From an uncultured virus (IMG/VR IMGVR_UViG_3300045999_005873) (taxonomy: Duplodnaviria > Heunggongvirae > Uroviricota > Caudoviricetes): a DNA stretch of 64,000 nucleotides. Positions 16,927 through 25,740 of this stretch are shown piece by piece. The notes under the pieces were generated by a model that searched no databases, was not told the DNA's origin, and worked only from the letters and a program-made list of their open reading frames with translations. The number at the start of each line of letters is the position of its first letter. Within the stretch, counting starts at the first letter, position 1. The DNA lies in the IMG/VR virus record IMGVR_UViG_3300045999_005873; one strand, written 5' to 3'. The position numbers and the translations under genes are program-made.

Positions 16927-17123
16927 AGCTTTACTGGCTTCCGTCGTTTTGCGGCTCGCGCCGCGAACTCTTTTGAATCTCCGGCGAACAGCGGACTCAC
17001 CAGAACAGGAGTGGTACTGTAGCCAGCTTTAAAATCGGCCCAAAACATCGCTTCTGATTTGGTGTAGTAGATGTACGACTGGCCTTCGCTTGTTACGCGC
17101 CATGCTACGGGCTTTGTTTTCAC
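16902..17123 (-). CDS. Hypothetical protein
   Basis: KPVAW N-terminus. Confidence 0.6.
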   Translation of the reverse strand: MKTKPVAWRVTSEGQSYIYYTKSEAMFWADFKAGYSTTPVLVSPLFAGDSKEFAARAAKRRKPVKLWIRKVMW

Positions 17124-17755
17124 TTCAGTCGCTCCAGCAGCGAGCGGAGCGTGTCGGCAGAATGCTCTGACTCGGTGTCGGATCGCAACTCTAACCGCTC
17201 AAGCCCATGCTCGATGGCGTCTAGCTCCTCGTCAGTCAGCGTACACCCGCCATGCACACTACCCTCACTGGGTGTAGCGTCCCGATTTGTATTAGTGTTC
17301 GTGCGTTTTTCGTTGCTTTCCTCATATGATTGGCTCTCCCATTCCGGTCGCAACCTGACGAGCAGCGAACGCAGGATGCCGTAATCGTCCATACTGGCGA
17401 TGCGGCCCTCCTCAACGACGTATTCCAGAGCGTCGATTTCGGCCTCGGATAGTATCGTGCCTACCCGTCCTCGCGTTCTGGAAGCTGGAATGTCGCCGGT
17501 GCCCATAGCGGGTAGCGTCACGGGTTTATCAGTCCCGCCGCATCCGCCCCCATTCCCCCGTGGAACGGAGGATTCAGATGGATAGGCTTTCGCTTCCGGC
17601 GCAGCGTCATGATTTGTTCGCTCACACTCGCGTAGCATGGCGTCAGCATAGGCGGCTGCTATGCGAACGTATTGGCTCATCGACTGTTCTGGCGCGATGG
17701 AGCGTGAAAGCAGCCCCGTCAACGCCGCAGCGGCGAACGTGTCGCGGTCAGTCAT
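17120..17755 (-). CDS. Hypothetical mosaic protein
   Basis: RDTFAAAALTGLL N-terminus; TLTDEE C-terminal module. Confidence 0.7.
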   Translation of the reverse strand: MTDRDTFAAAALTGLLSRSIAPEQSMSQYVRIAAAYADAMLRECERTNHDAAPEAKAYPSESSVPRGNGGGCGGTDKPVTLPAMGTGDIPASRTRGRVGTILSEAEIDALEYVVEEGRIASMDDYGILRSLLVRLRPEWESQSYEESNEKRTNTNTNRDATPSEGSVHGGCTLTDEELDAIEHGLERLELRSDTESEHSADTLRSLLERLK

Positions 17756-17840
17756 GGCTTCCTCGCAATAAACGTGCGACCTATCCAAGACCCAATAAGT
17801 CCGCCAGCGAAACCCAGCAAGACAGCGTAAAGAAAGTCCA

Positions 17841-18146
17841 TTACTTCACCTCCGGTGGCTCGGGCAGCGGCATCCAATGCGAAGCACCCCACGCTCCACG
17901 CTCGGTCGAGAACCAGCCGCCACGCTTGTCAAATGTTGCTTCGCCAACTTGTCCAGTCATGCCACCGCCTTCAAAGCAGGCGATGACGCTTTGGCCGTCT
18001 TCGGGCAGTTGCTCCGAAACGGGAATCCATCGCTGCACTTTTGACTGCGTTTCGGCAAGCTCTTCTTCTAGCTCGCGGATACGCTGGTCGGCATCGACTA
18101 GCTCATTTAGCGGGTCGTCGCAGAAGTCGTAGTTGCGGTCGCTCAT
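17841..18146 (-). CDS. DUF551-like protein
   Basis: WIPVSEQLPE ... HWMPLPEPP. Confidence 0.8.
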   Translation of the reverse strand: MSDRNYDFCDDPLNELVDADQRIRELEEELAETQSKVQRWIPVSEQLPEDGQSVIACFEGGGMTGQVGEATFDKRGGWFSTERGAWGASHWMPLPEPPEVK

Positions 18147-18290
18147 CACTTCTTCTCCGGTACTTCCCAGAACTTCGGGTCGTCGAACTTCTTGAACATC
18201 CCGATCAGCAGCGGCCTTTCGATCTTCTCCCAGCACTCCCTCGCGAACCTCTCGTCGTCGCGGCACCACCAGTACGGGTCGATTGGCTTC

Positions 18291-18503
18291 TCACTCATCG
18301 AGTAACCCCGGCCTCTCCCTAAGAAGATCGCGAATATGCTCTAGGTGCCTCGCCGTCTCCTCTGAAGGGTCGCCGTGCTTTAGGTGCCCCCGGCAGTATT
18401 GATCCACTTCCCAGATGACGCCCTTCGCGTCACGCCCCTGCATGGCGGCGTTGAAGTCGCCTTGATCCTCTGGCAATCTGAATCGAATGATGACGTGTGG
18501 CAT
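18291..18503 (-). CDS. Hypothetical phage protein
   Basis: F.LPED...F..A..G...DQ..R..LK family pattern. Confidence 0.65.
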   Translation of the reverse strand: MPHVIIRFRLPEDQGDFNAAMQGRDAKGVIWEVDQYCRGHLKHGDPSEETARHLEHIRDLLRERPGLLDE

Positions 18504-18504
18504 C

Positions 18505-18780
18505 TCAGTCGCCCCCTCTCGGCAGCATTTCAAGCCCCGCCTCAATCTCCTGAACGACCAGCTTCGTGAGGTGCTGCGGATCGTCGAAGATGAAGTCGGC
18601 CACGCGAACCAAGACGGCCGCCTTCCTGCCGTCCACGAGGCTCGTTGCGGAAATGTCGATGCAAGGCGACCAGCTTGGGTGCGTCGGCTGGCTCTCATCG
18701 AGCGACGGAGCGTCAAGGCAACGCATCGTGATGCTGCGGTCGTGCGGCTGCTCGCGGAGCCACTTGGCTAGTGTTGTCAC
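18505..18780 (-). CDS. Hypothetical protein
   Basis: Coupled ORF. Confidence 0.5.
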   Translation of the reverse strand: MTTLAKWLREQPHDRSITMRCLDAPSLDESQPTHPSWSPCIDISATSLVDGRKAAVLVRVADFIFDDPQHLTKLVVQEIEAGLEMLPRGGD

Positions 18781-19133
18781 TTCCGGCACCCCTCGCACAG
18801 CGTTGAAATCCAGCCGCCGTCATTCGGCTTCCCCGGTGCCCCGCACCGCTCACACGTCACGGCCGACATAGCCTCGGCCATGTCGATGACGCCCTCGCAG
18901 TACGAGTCGCCGCCAACGAAGTAGAGACGCAGCGTGCCGTACTTTTCCTTCACCTGAGTGAACTGAAAGTGCGGCCCTGCGTGCCTTGCGATTTCCTTGC
19001 ACGCCGCACGCAGGATGCCGTACCAGCCGTCGCCGTGTTCGCATCCGAAGACCATGCAGCTCCCCCTGCTTTCGCGATTCGCGAATAGCAGAGGAAAGTC
19101 GGCGTACAGCTTGTTTTCAAGTTCGGGACTCAT
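18777..19133 (-). CDS. Conserved phage protein (QVKEKYG.LR family)
   Basis: GDGW, QVKEKYGTLR, CERCG, W..TLC..C. Confidence 0.85.
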   Translation of the reverse strand: MSPELENKLYADFPLLFANRESRGSCMVFGCEHGDGWYGILRAACKEIARHAGPHFQFTQVKEKYGTLRLYFVGGDSYCEGVIDMAEAMSAVTCERCGAPGKPNDGGWISTLCEGCRK

Positions 19134-19333
19134 CGAACTCCCTCAAGATCGTTACACCGCTTGTCCAGGGTCGCGTTCACATCGCGGAGCGCGGTGATGA
19201 GCACCCGCTGCTGCTCGCACTCCCTGCATCGTGCTTTCCACATTTCTTCAAGCTTGGCGATAATTCCGTTCGCGTCGGCCAGCTTGGACTCAAGCAGGCG
19301 AATTCGCTTCTTACCAAACAGCCAGTCGAACAT
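19130..19333 (-). CDS. Small coiled-coil protein
   Basis: Coupled ORF. Confidence 0.6.
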   Translation of the reverse strand: MFDWLFGKKRIRLLESKLADANGIIAKLEEMWKARCRECEQQRVLITALRDVNATLDKRCNDLEGVR

Positions 19334-19334
19334 T

Positions 19335-19634
19335 TCATGTCTCCTTGACGAAGACGCCCTCCGGCGTCAGTGTGCCCTTGCGATCCTTGATCTCCCCATA
19401 CGCCGACGCGAGGCAGTCCTCGACGGTCACGCCCTGGAGAGCCGCGTAGATGACGAGCGTCACGATCACGTCGCCCACGCCGTCCATAATGCCGGCCCGA
19501 TCGCTCTTCAGCGTGGCATCGGCGAGTTCGCCGAGTTCGCTGACAGTCTTCATCAACTGTGCCAGCGGCGTGCTGTTCGGGATGATCTGCCGATCGCGGG
19601 CCCAGGATTCAATCTTTTCGACTAGGTCTTGCAT
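19335..19634 (-). CDS. MazG-like NTP pyrophosphohydrolase
   Basis: K..SELGEL, DGVGD..VTL, AY.EIKDRKG. Confidence 0.85.
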   Translation of the reverse strand: MQDLVEKIESWARDRQIIPNSTPLAQLMKTVSELGELADATLKSDRAGIMDGVGDVIVTLVIYAALQGVTVEDCLASAYGEIKDRKGTLTPEGVFVKET

Positions 19635-19652
19635 GGTGTTTTCCCAGCGGGG

Positions 19653-19690
19653 GCCGGGGGCGGTGGCAGACGAGAACCACCACCCCCGGC
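19653..19690 (-). other. Intergenic 14-bp stem-loop upstream of MazG-like gene
   Basis: GCCGGGGGTGGTGG / CCACCGCCCCCGGC on - strand, one U-G pair. Confidence 0.5.
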
Positions 19691-19709
19691 GCGGCGCGGA
19701 TGAATAAGA

Positions 19710-20036
19710 TCAATTCCCGCTGTACCGGAGCACCGCGAACCAGCCCCGGCGAGACGGCGAGTAGGCATACCCTCGCTCGACGATGCGGTAACGACCGCGG
19801 ACGGCCTCGGAGTAGAAGCACGCCGACTTCTCCGCGGCCTCGGGGCTGACGGTCGAGAAGCCGATGCCCTCGCGGCGACCGCCGAGCACGCGGCAGTGCT
19901 TGAGCAGCCCGGTTCGAGCACACTCGTCGGCCGTCTCCTGCGCCGAGATCACGGTCGTCGTTGTCACGATCACGTCGCCGCCACTGGCGACCGTGGTGCA
20001 ACAGGCGATGGCGAAAACAAGAAAAAAGGAACGCAT
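19710..20036 (-). CDS. Exported hypothetical protein (minimal CAP/SCP-like)
   Basis: Signal peptide; EGIG...CF...G.A....GWFA..RY. Confidence 0.6.
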   Translation of the reverse strand: MRSFFLVFAIACCTTVASGGDVIVTTTTVISAQETADECARTGLLKHCRVLGGRREGIGFSTVSPEAAEKSACFYSEAVRGRYRIVERGYAYSPSRRGWFAVLRYSGN

Positions 20037-20105
20037 GCGAAAATCCTCCATGAAGTGAAACGGAAACCAAACCGGCCGGCATTGTCTGCGGCGGTAGTCT
20101 GACTG

Positions 20106-20336
20106 TCAAGACTGATCGATGCTGTCGACGAACTTCCTCATCTCAGTCGCGTAGACCTCGACCGACTCCGCCAGCAAATACGATGCAGTCGCCAAACCTA
20201 GAGCCTCCACCTCTTGCGCAGCCCTCGCAGTCGCCTTGATCGCCGGAATCGTCGTCGACAACATCCGTTCGATGTTCATCATCCGCAGCGCGATCAGGAG
20301 CTTGTCTTCGGGCGTCACGCTTTCGCCTCTCGCCAT
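20106..20336 (-). CDS. Hypothetical protein
   Basis: ORF track. Confidence 0.5.
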   Translation of the reverse strand: MARGESVTPEDKLLIALRMMNIERMLSTTIPAIKATARAAQEVEALGLATASYLLAESVEVYATEMRKFVDSIDQS

Positions 20337-20719
20337 GTACCGTCGGGCTTTCGGTCGAAGGTCGCGTAGAGCAGCCCCAGGCGGCTGGCGAGCGATACCA
20401 TCGTCGGCCGGAATACACCGATGAATTCGTGATCGCGGAATACGCCCTCTGTCCGCAGGCCGGCGGCGCAGAGCGTTGCCACGCCGCGGCGGCGGTAGGC
20501 GGGCGACACGAAAGCCTCAAGCGTCGGGATGCCCTGCCAGACCTCAGTCCTCGCCCATCCAATGATCTCGCCTTGATCTAGGCAGATGGCGATCGTGCCG
20601 GTCACGGTGCCGGCGAGCAGCGCCCCCTGGAATTCGCTCTCCGGTCGGGTCAGGTGATCGGCGATGAACCGTCGCTCTGAGGCTCGCAGGCGATCTGTCT
20701 TGAGTACGAATAGTTCCAT
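20315..20719 (-). CDS. GNAT-like acetyltransferase
   Basis: FVSPAYRRRGVAT acetyl-CoA motif. Confidence 0.7.
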   Translation of the reverse strand: MELFVLKTDRLRASERRFIADHLTRPESEFQGALLAGTVTGTIAICLDQGEIIGWARTEVWQGIPTLEAFVSPAYRRRGVATLCAAGLRTEGVFRDHEFIGVFRPTMVSLASRLGLLYATFDRKPDGTWREAKA

Positions 20720-21391
20720 TTATTTCTCAAGCTCCCGCAGCACGCTCTCGATGATCGGATTCCTGACAATGTCTGAGCCCTTGAATTCGATGACGCCGAC
20801 GCCACGCAGGCCCGAGAGCCGCTGCATCACGTCGATGAGCCGTCGCTCGCTCCTGGGGAGGTCAGACTGGTCGGCATCGCCCGTGATGATGATCTGGCTG
20901 CCCTGGCCCATGCGGGTGAGAAACAGCTTGAGCTGCCCGAACGTCGCGTTCTGGGCCTCGTCGAAGATCATGACGCTCTTGTTGAACGTCCGACCGCGGA
21001 GGTAAGCCAGCGGCGCGATCTTCACCGCCCCGCTGATGCGGTCGCGGGTATGGCCTCGCTTGCCGGCGATCCGCTCGAGCGCGTCGAAGAAGGGGACGAG
21101 ATACGGGCCGACTTTCTCCTCCGCACTCCCCGGCAAGTAGCCGAGCTGCTCCGTCGCCACCGATGGCCGCGTGATCACAATGTTCTCGACCTTCCCGTCG
21201 ATCAACTGCTGGACGGCGTAGCCGCTGGCGAGGTGAGTCTTCCCCGTGCCCGCGGGGCCGAGCACGAACGTGATCACGCTCTTGGCGATCACCTCGAGTG
21301 CGTGAGCCTGAGCCTTCGTTCGTGCGGCGTAGCCCTCCGGCGGCGGCGGCGCGGGCTTCTTCTTAGCTTGTCGTTCTCGCTTGCGGGTCAT
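20720..21391 (-). CDS. phoH: PhoH-family ATPase
   Basis: GPAGTGKT, LGYLPG, YLRGRTF, DEAQN, GD..QSDL, DIVR. Confidence 0.95.
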   Translation of the reverse strand: MTRKRERQAKKKPAPPPPEGYAARTKAQAHALEVIAKSVITFVLGPAGTGKTHLASGYAVQQLIDGKVENIVITRPSVATEQLGYLPGSAEEKVGPYLVPFFDALERIAGKRGHTRDRISGAVKIAPLAYLRGRTFNKSVMIFDEAQNATFGQLKLFLTRMGQGSQIIITGDADQSDLPRSERRLIDVMQRLSGLRGVGVIEFKGSDIVRNPIIESVLRELEK

Positions 21392-23646
21392 ACGTTGTCT
21401 CCGTTAGTGGCATTATGGATGCGGTAACCAAGCCACATCATGCACGGGACGGCCATGCTGTTGCCGAGAGCCCGGTATTTCGGGCCATCGGCGGCTGGCT
21501 TTTTACGGAACTCAATGTCGCAGCGGTCATCTGGAAAGCCCTGAAGGCGGCAGCACTCAGTCGGCGTGAGGCGACGGACTTGCATGGCGTGATGAACCAT
21601 CGCCGTGTTGCGACCGCTGGCATTCTGATTCGTGTTCACGGTGCCCATGGCCTCGCCGTTCGTGCGAACCTCGCCGAGCTGGTTCTGCGCGAATGCCATG
21701 ACACCCTCCTGACGGCGACTGCCTTTGTGAGCATCGATCGTCGCGTGAACGTCGCCCGTCCTGCACCCGCTCTGCGACTCCTTAAACGCGCCGACGTGCT
21801 TCGGCGGGTCATGCCGTTCGTCCCAACCATTTAGGCACGCTGCGACATTCGCCTCCTCAAACCGAGGAGCCTCCTCTGCACTATGTGGATTAGTAGCCTT
21901 TACGAACGCCACGGCCGGCGTGTTGCATCGCTGGAGCGGGCCAGTGCCCTCCTCAGTGATGCCGAGGCCGTCGTTTGCATTGCCGTATCCGCCGCCGTTC
22001 TGCCAGTTGAAACCGACGGCCCCTCCTAAAACAACTGTGTCCTGATCACCCTTGTCGGCATCAGCGGAAAGGGGCGGAGTGATCTCGTCGGGCTTGCCGT
22101 CCTTGCCTCTGGTGAAGTGAGATGGCTTGAATGCGACGGCAGGCACCGCAGTTGACCCATTGCTCTGCGATTGCAGCGTCGGCGCGTACTCGTCGGTGAC
22201 GAACGTACCGCCAGCGGCCTCGCTCTGGCCGGGCTTGAATGCCACAGCCGGCGGCGACGGAATGCCGAGGCCAGGCCCGACGCGGACTGTCGGGGCAGTG
22301 CCGTCCTCGTAGATGTCGCCGCCTCGAGTACCGAGCGTGGATTGGAATGCCACGGCCTTCGACTCAACGACAAACGTATCCTGCGAATCTCTGCCGCTGC
22401 CGAACACGCCGCCCTTGCCCTGCTGGCCCGCCGAGATGGCGTAGGCAGGGTCTGGGTGGCCTGTGGTGGTCGGCGTCGGCGGCTCAACGACAAACGTCTC
22501 AGAGGCAAAATCCATGCGGCCGTGCGGCGACTTGTTTGCCAAGCAGGTCGTGGCAACTTCGACCGGGCCGCTTGTATTGTTGCCGCCGAACGCGGAGGAC
22601 TCGCTAAAGACACCCCCTGTGGTAACGATCGGAGTTTGTCCTTCGTCCACCGTCGTGTTGATGCCCTTGTGCATTCGACGGGTCAGAGTGTTCGCAACCG
22701 ACGGCAAGTATGCGACCGCTGTATGCGTCCTGTCCGTTAAGCCCCCCCCCATGTGAGCACCGTCGGAGAGAGTGCCGCAAACGTCAGGCACCCCAACCGC
22801 AGCCGGCCCCCTGGCAACCATGCTGGCCGCAACGCCGTCATTCGTGACCTGCGGATCGTACTGGGCATTCACTCCTTGGTTGAACATGGCTCGGTCGAGG
22901 TGGAAGGGTTCGCCGCGGCCACCACCGACTGAAGAGCCTGCCGCAGCGTTTCCGGCAACTGCTTTCCACGCTTCTCCGCGCGACGGAGGATTCCCGAGCA
23001 CGCTTTCTCGGAGAGAAAGTATCTCTGATGGACAGGCCCGCTCTCCAAGACTTGAGACAAGCTCACAAGGCACGGCAACGAGAAAGACCCGCCGACGCCT
23101 TTGAGCCACGCCAAAGTATTGGGCATCGAGGACTCGATAACCCACTCGGACGGTTTCGCTACCGAGAAAGCCTGCTTTAGGCCACTTCCCGTCTTGAGTT
23201 TCAATGGTGTCATCGACCCCAAGGAGGCCGCTGATGAAGCATCCGAAGGCGTTGTCTTTGGTACTGAGGACTCCTGGGACGTTTTCCCAAAGAGCAATTG
23301 CTGGCGAGCGTCCATGCTTTCTCCTTATCGCGTTGATGTGATGAAACAGGTGAACGTAGATGAGCGAGAGATTGCCTCGCTCGTCATCAAGACTCTTCCT
23401 CAAGCCCGCCACAGAAAACGCCTGACACGGCGTCCCGCCTACCAGCAGCTCGCAGTCGGCGAGAAGCTCCTCGGGCCACTCGCGGTACTTGCTCATGTCG
23501 CCGAGGTTCGGAACGTCTGGGTAGTGGTGGGCCAGGACGGCCGACGGGAACGGCTCAATCTCGCTGAAGGCCAGTGGTTTCCAGCCCAGGCCGTGCCATG
23601 CGGCGGAAGCCGCCTCAATCCCAGAGCAAATGCTGATGTATTTCAT
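21388..23646 (-). CDS. C5 cytosine DNA methyltransferase with very long variable region
   Basis: CSGIEA, GGTPCQAFS, WENVPG, QRRRRVF, RRLTPTEC.RLQGFPD, YRALGNSM. Confidence 0.95.
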   Translation of the reverse strand: MKYISICSGIEAASAAWHGLGWKPLAFSEIEPFPSAVLAHHYPDVPNLGDMSKYREWPEELLADCELLVGGTPCQAFSVAGLRKSLDDERGNLSLIYVHLFHHINAIRRKHGRSPAIALWENVPGVLSTKDNAFGCFISGLLGVDDTIETQDGKWPKAGFLGSETVRVGYRVLDAQYFGVAQRRRRVFLVAVPCELVSSLGERACPSEILSLRESVLGNPPSRGEAWKAVAGNAAAGSSVGGGRGEPFHLDRAMFNQGVNAQYDPQVTNDGVAASMVARGPAAVGVPDVCGTLSDGAHMGGGLTDRTHTAVAYLPSVANTLTRRMHKGINTTVDEGQTPIVTTGGVFSESSAFGGNNTSGPVEVATTCLANKSPHGRMDFASETFVVEPPTPTTTGHPDPAYAISAGQQGKGGVFGSGRDSQDTFVVESKAVAFQSTLGTRGGDIYEDGTAPTVRVGPGLGIPSPPAVAFKPGQSEAAGGTFVTDEYAPTLQSQSNGSTAVPAVAFKPSHFTRGKDGKPDEITPPLSADADKGDQDTVVLGGAVGFNWQNGGGYGNANDGLGITEEGTGPLQRCNTPAVAFVKATNPHSAEEAPRFEEANVAACLNGWDERHDPPKHVGAFKESQSGCRTGDVHATIDAHKGSRRQEGVMAFAQNQLGEVRTNGEAMGTVNTNQNASGRNTAMVHHAMQVRRLTPTECCRLQGFPDDRCDIEFRKKPAADGPKYRALGNSMAVPCMMWLGYRIHNATNGDNV
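22869..23315 (-). CDS. Nested out-of-frame ORF, putative methyltransferase beta subunit
   Basis: SLSQVLE.G....RYFLS.KAC.GILRRAEKRGK.LP, resembling the alternate-frame beta polypeptide of M.EcoHK31I-type enzymes. Confidence 0.7.
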   Translation of the reverse strand: MDARQQLLFGKTSQESSVPKTTPSDASSAASLGSMTPLKLKTGSGLKQAFSVAKPSEWVIESSMPNTLAWLKGVGGSFSLPCLVSLSQVLESGPVHQRYFLSEKACSGILRRAEKRGKQLPETLRQALQSVVAAANPSTSTEPCSTKE

Positions 23647-24392
23647 CGATTGTCCTCCATGACTTGGTTGATCCACTCCCGATACAAACTCACCCGCGTG
23701 TGCGCCGTCTCCTCGCCCTGGCGGCTCTTCAGCGGCCCCTTCGCCGCCATCGTGAAGCTGTTCACACCGGCAAGCTTGCCGCCTGCAAACAGCGGGCCGC
23801 CGCTGTCTCCGGGGCTGATGCAGAACTCCAGCGTGCTGCTGCCGCACCTAGCGTGGCAGACGATGACCGTCCGCTCGAACCGCTCGATCGTCTGCGTGCC
23901 GGCCCGCAGCTTGCCGTCGTACTGGCTGTGGCCCTCGGAGAGCTTCCCGTACAAGCCAAACCCGACGATGCTGACCACCTGCCCCTCCTTCTCGTCGCCG
24001 TCGCTAAGTGTTGGGTAGTAGGAAGCGTTTGCCGGCGAGTCGCAGTGGAGCATGGCAAGGTCGTGCCAGCCGTGCGTCTCGTCCTTCCAATCGGGGTGGA
24101 TCACGACGCGATCGACGGGTCGGCTCGTCGCCCCGATAGAGAGCGTGATGCCGCCGACGCCGTGGACGACGTGCGCCGCCGTGATCGCCCAGTGCGGGCC
24201 GATGAGCGTGGCTGTCGCCTCGTTGATCTTGTTCTCCGCATCGCGGCCAGAGAACTTCGCCGTGTACGGGGCGAATGCCTTCGCGTACTCGACGTAGCGG
24301 GCATCCGGCACGGCGTCGTCGGTCGTGCCGGCCATCGCGGCGGGCACGCCCAGGAGGAACGCGGCGAGGGTTTTGTCTTCGATGGGGGTCAT
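23643..24392 (-). CDS. Trypsin-like (S1) serine protease
   Basis: TAAHV, DLAML, GDSGGP triad. Confidence 0.9.
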   Translation of the reverse strand: MTPIEDKTLAAFLLGVPAAMAGTTDDAVPDARYVEYAKAFAPYTAKFSGRDAENKINEATATLIGPHWAITAAHVVHGVGGITLSIGATSRPVDRVVIHPDWKDETHGWHDLAMLHCDSPANASYYPTLSDGDEKEGQVVSIVGFGLYGKLSEGHSQYDGKLRAGTQTIERFERTVIVCHARCGSSTLEFCISPGDSGGPLFAGGKLAGVNSFTMAAKGPLKSRQGEETAHTRVSLYREWINQVMEDNR

Positions 24393-24814
24393 CGAATAAT
24401 CGCCTCCACGACGGCTGCGGGCCACGCTGAGATATGGCCCATGTCCAATGATTTTGTGGAGAGTCGTAGAAGTCTGTCTCGGATGAACTTATTTGTGCCA
24501 GAACTAACGCCGTCGAACGCCGTTACGATGACAATCTTTTTGCCGCGGACGCCAGTTATTCCCATTTCGACCATCCCATCAGTCGGGTCTGTAGCCAGAA
24601 CAACCTGCTGGCACAGAAAGTCGGCAGCCTCCTTGAGCGACTCGCCCGGTGCCGTTTCAAGCAGGACAGCAGACACACACCCCGCAGCGTCGTGAAGGTA
24701 TGTGCATGATGTCTTTCCGGTAAGCGAGTCGAACCCGTCGCCTGGGACTACGGTCAGCGTTCTGCCACCCGATTCGGCGTGTTTCTTTATGCGAGCAATG
24801 GTTGTTGGATTCAT
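24389..24814 (-). CDS. Hypothetical protein
   Basis: Coupled ORF. Confidence 0.6.
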   Translation of the reverse strand: MNPTTIARIKKHAESGGRTLTVVPGDGFDSLTGKTSCTYLHDAAGCVSAVLLETAPGESLKEAADFLCQQVVLATDPTDGMVEMGITGVRGKKIVIVTAFDGVSSGTNKFIRDRLLRLSTKSLDMGHISAWPAAVVEAIIR

Positions 24815-24902
24815 GCCTTCACGATCCTGAATTCAGAGCACCCGCACTTCGGGCACGGGCCGTTCGACTGTTTCGGTTCGTTGCAGCGATTGCAGAAGCG
24901 GT

Positions 24903-25118
24903 TCATTGCCGCTGCCTCCACTCAAGCCAATCAGCCGCCGCCACCAGCCACGCCGCCACCTTCCGCAGGGCGTCCGGGTTCTCGCTGTAGTCTGGGTCGT
25001 CCTCATGCGGCGGCAGCGTGTCGAACCGAACGTCTACATACGGAGCCGCGTCCTCCTCGTCTCGGCAGACCAACGAAAACAGCTCGTCGTCGATGTCGAT
25101 GGGGGCGGGTGGTTTCAC
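24903..25118 (-). CDS. Hypothetical protein
   Basis: GTG start; LRKVAAWL..AADWLE. Confidence 0.55.
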   Translation of the reverse strand: MKPPAPIDIDDELFSLVCRDEEDAAPYVDVRFDTLPPHEDDPDYSENPDALRKVAAWLVAAADWLEWRQRQ

Positions 25119-25224
25119 TTGTCGCCCCTCGTCATGTACGGCAGCAGGCTGAAATAAAACACGGCCCCGACGAACACGAGCAACGTCGTGACGTTGAGCC
25201 AGATGCCGAGCGATGTTTCGATCA

Positions 25225-25521
25225 TCACTCACCTCGCAGGATTTGGAGCCATGTGCGGGGCGGCTTGCGGAGGTCGAAGATTTCCAGAGCCTGCCTTGTG
25301 GACTCTCGCTCCAGCTCATCGACTCGAGCCGTCAGGGCCGAGAGACCTTTGGTCAGCACGCCGACCAGGCGATCGGTCGACTCACCTTCCTCGCGTACCT
25401 CGTGAATCGCCTGGGCGATGCCGGCGATGGTTTTCTCGACGCTGCAACCGGCCTTCTTCTTAGCCAAGAGAAATCCTCCTTGAGACAGGAAACGAACGAG
25501 AACAGTGAGCCGGTCGATCAC
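25225..25521 (-). CDS. Hypothetical coiled-coil protein
   Basis: Coupled ORF. Confidence 0.55.
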   Translation of the reverse strand: MIDRLTVLVRFLSQGGFLLAKKKAGCSVEKTIAGIAQAIHEVREEGESTDRLVGVLTKGLSALTARVDELERESTRQALEIFDLRKPPRTWLQILRGE

Positions 25522-25706
25522 GACGCGGCCTCCTCCGTTTTGGGCGGCGCACGGTAGATCAGTTCCTCGCGGATGATCTTGACGTGCTTTGGGGCGTCGA
25601 TGACGAGCCGCACGGTCTTGCCGACCACTGATTCAACAGTGATCTCGATATGGGGCCGATCAAGAATGAGCTTCTGACCGGGACGGCGAGTTAAGCAGAG
25701 TGCCAT
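25518..25706 (-). CDS. csrA: Carbon storage regulator CsrA/RsmA-like RNA-binding protein
   Basis: L.LTRR.GQ...I.V......VRL.IDAP..V.I.REEL. Confidence 0.85.
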   Translation of the reverse strand: MALCLTRRPGQKLILDRPHIEITVESVVGKTVRLVIDAPKHVKIIREELIYRAPPKTEEAAS

Positions 25707-25740
25707 AGAGGGAATCCTTTCCACAGTGTGGATTGGTAGC

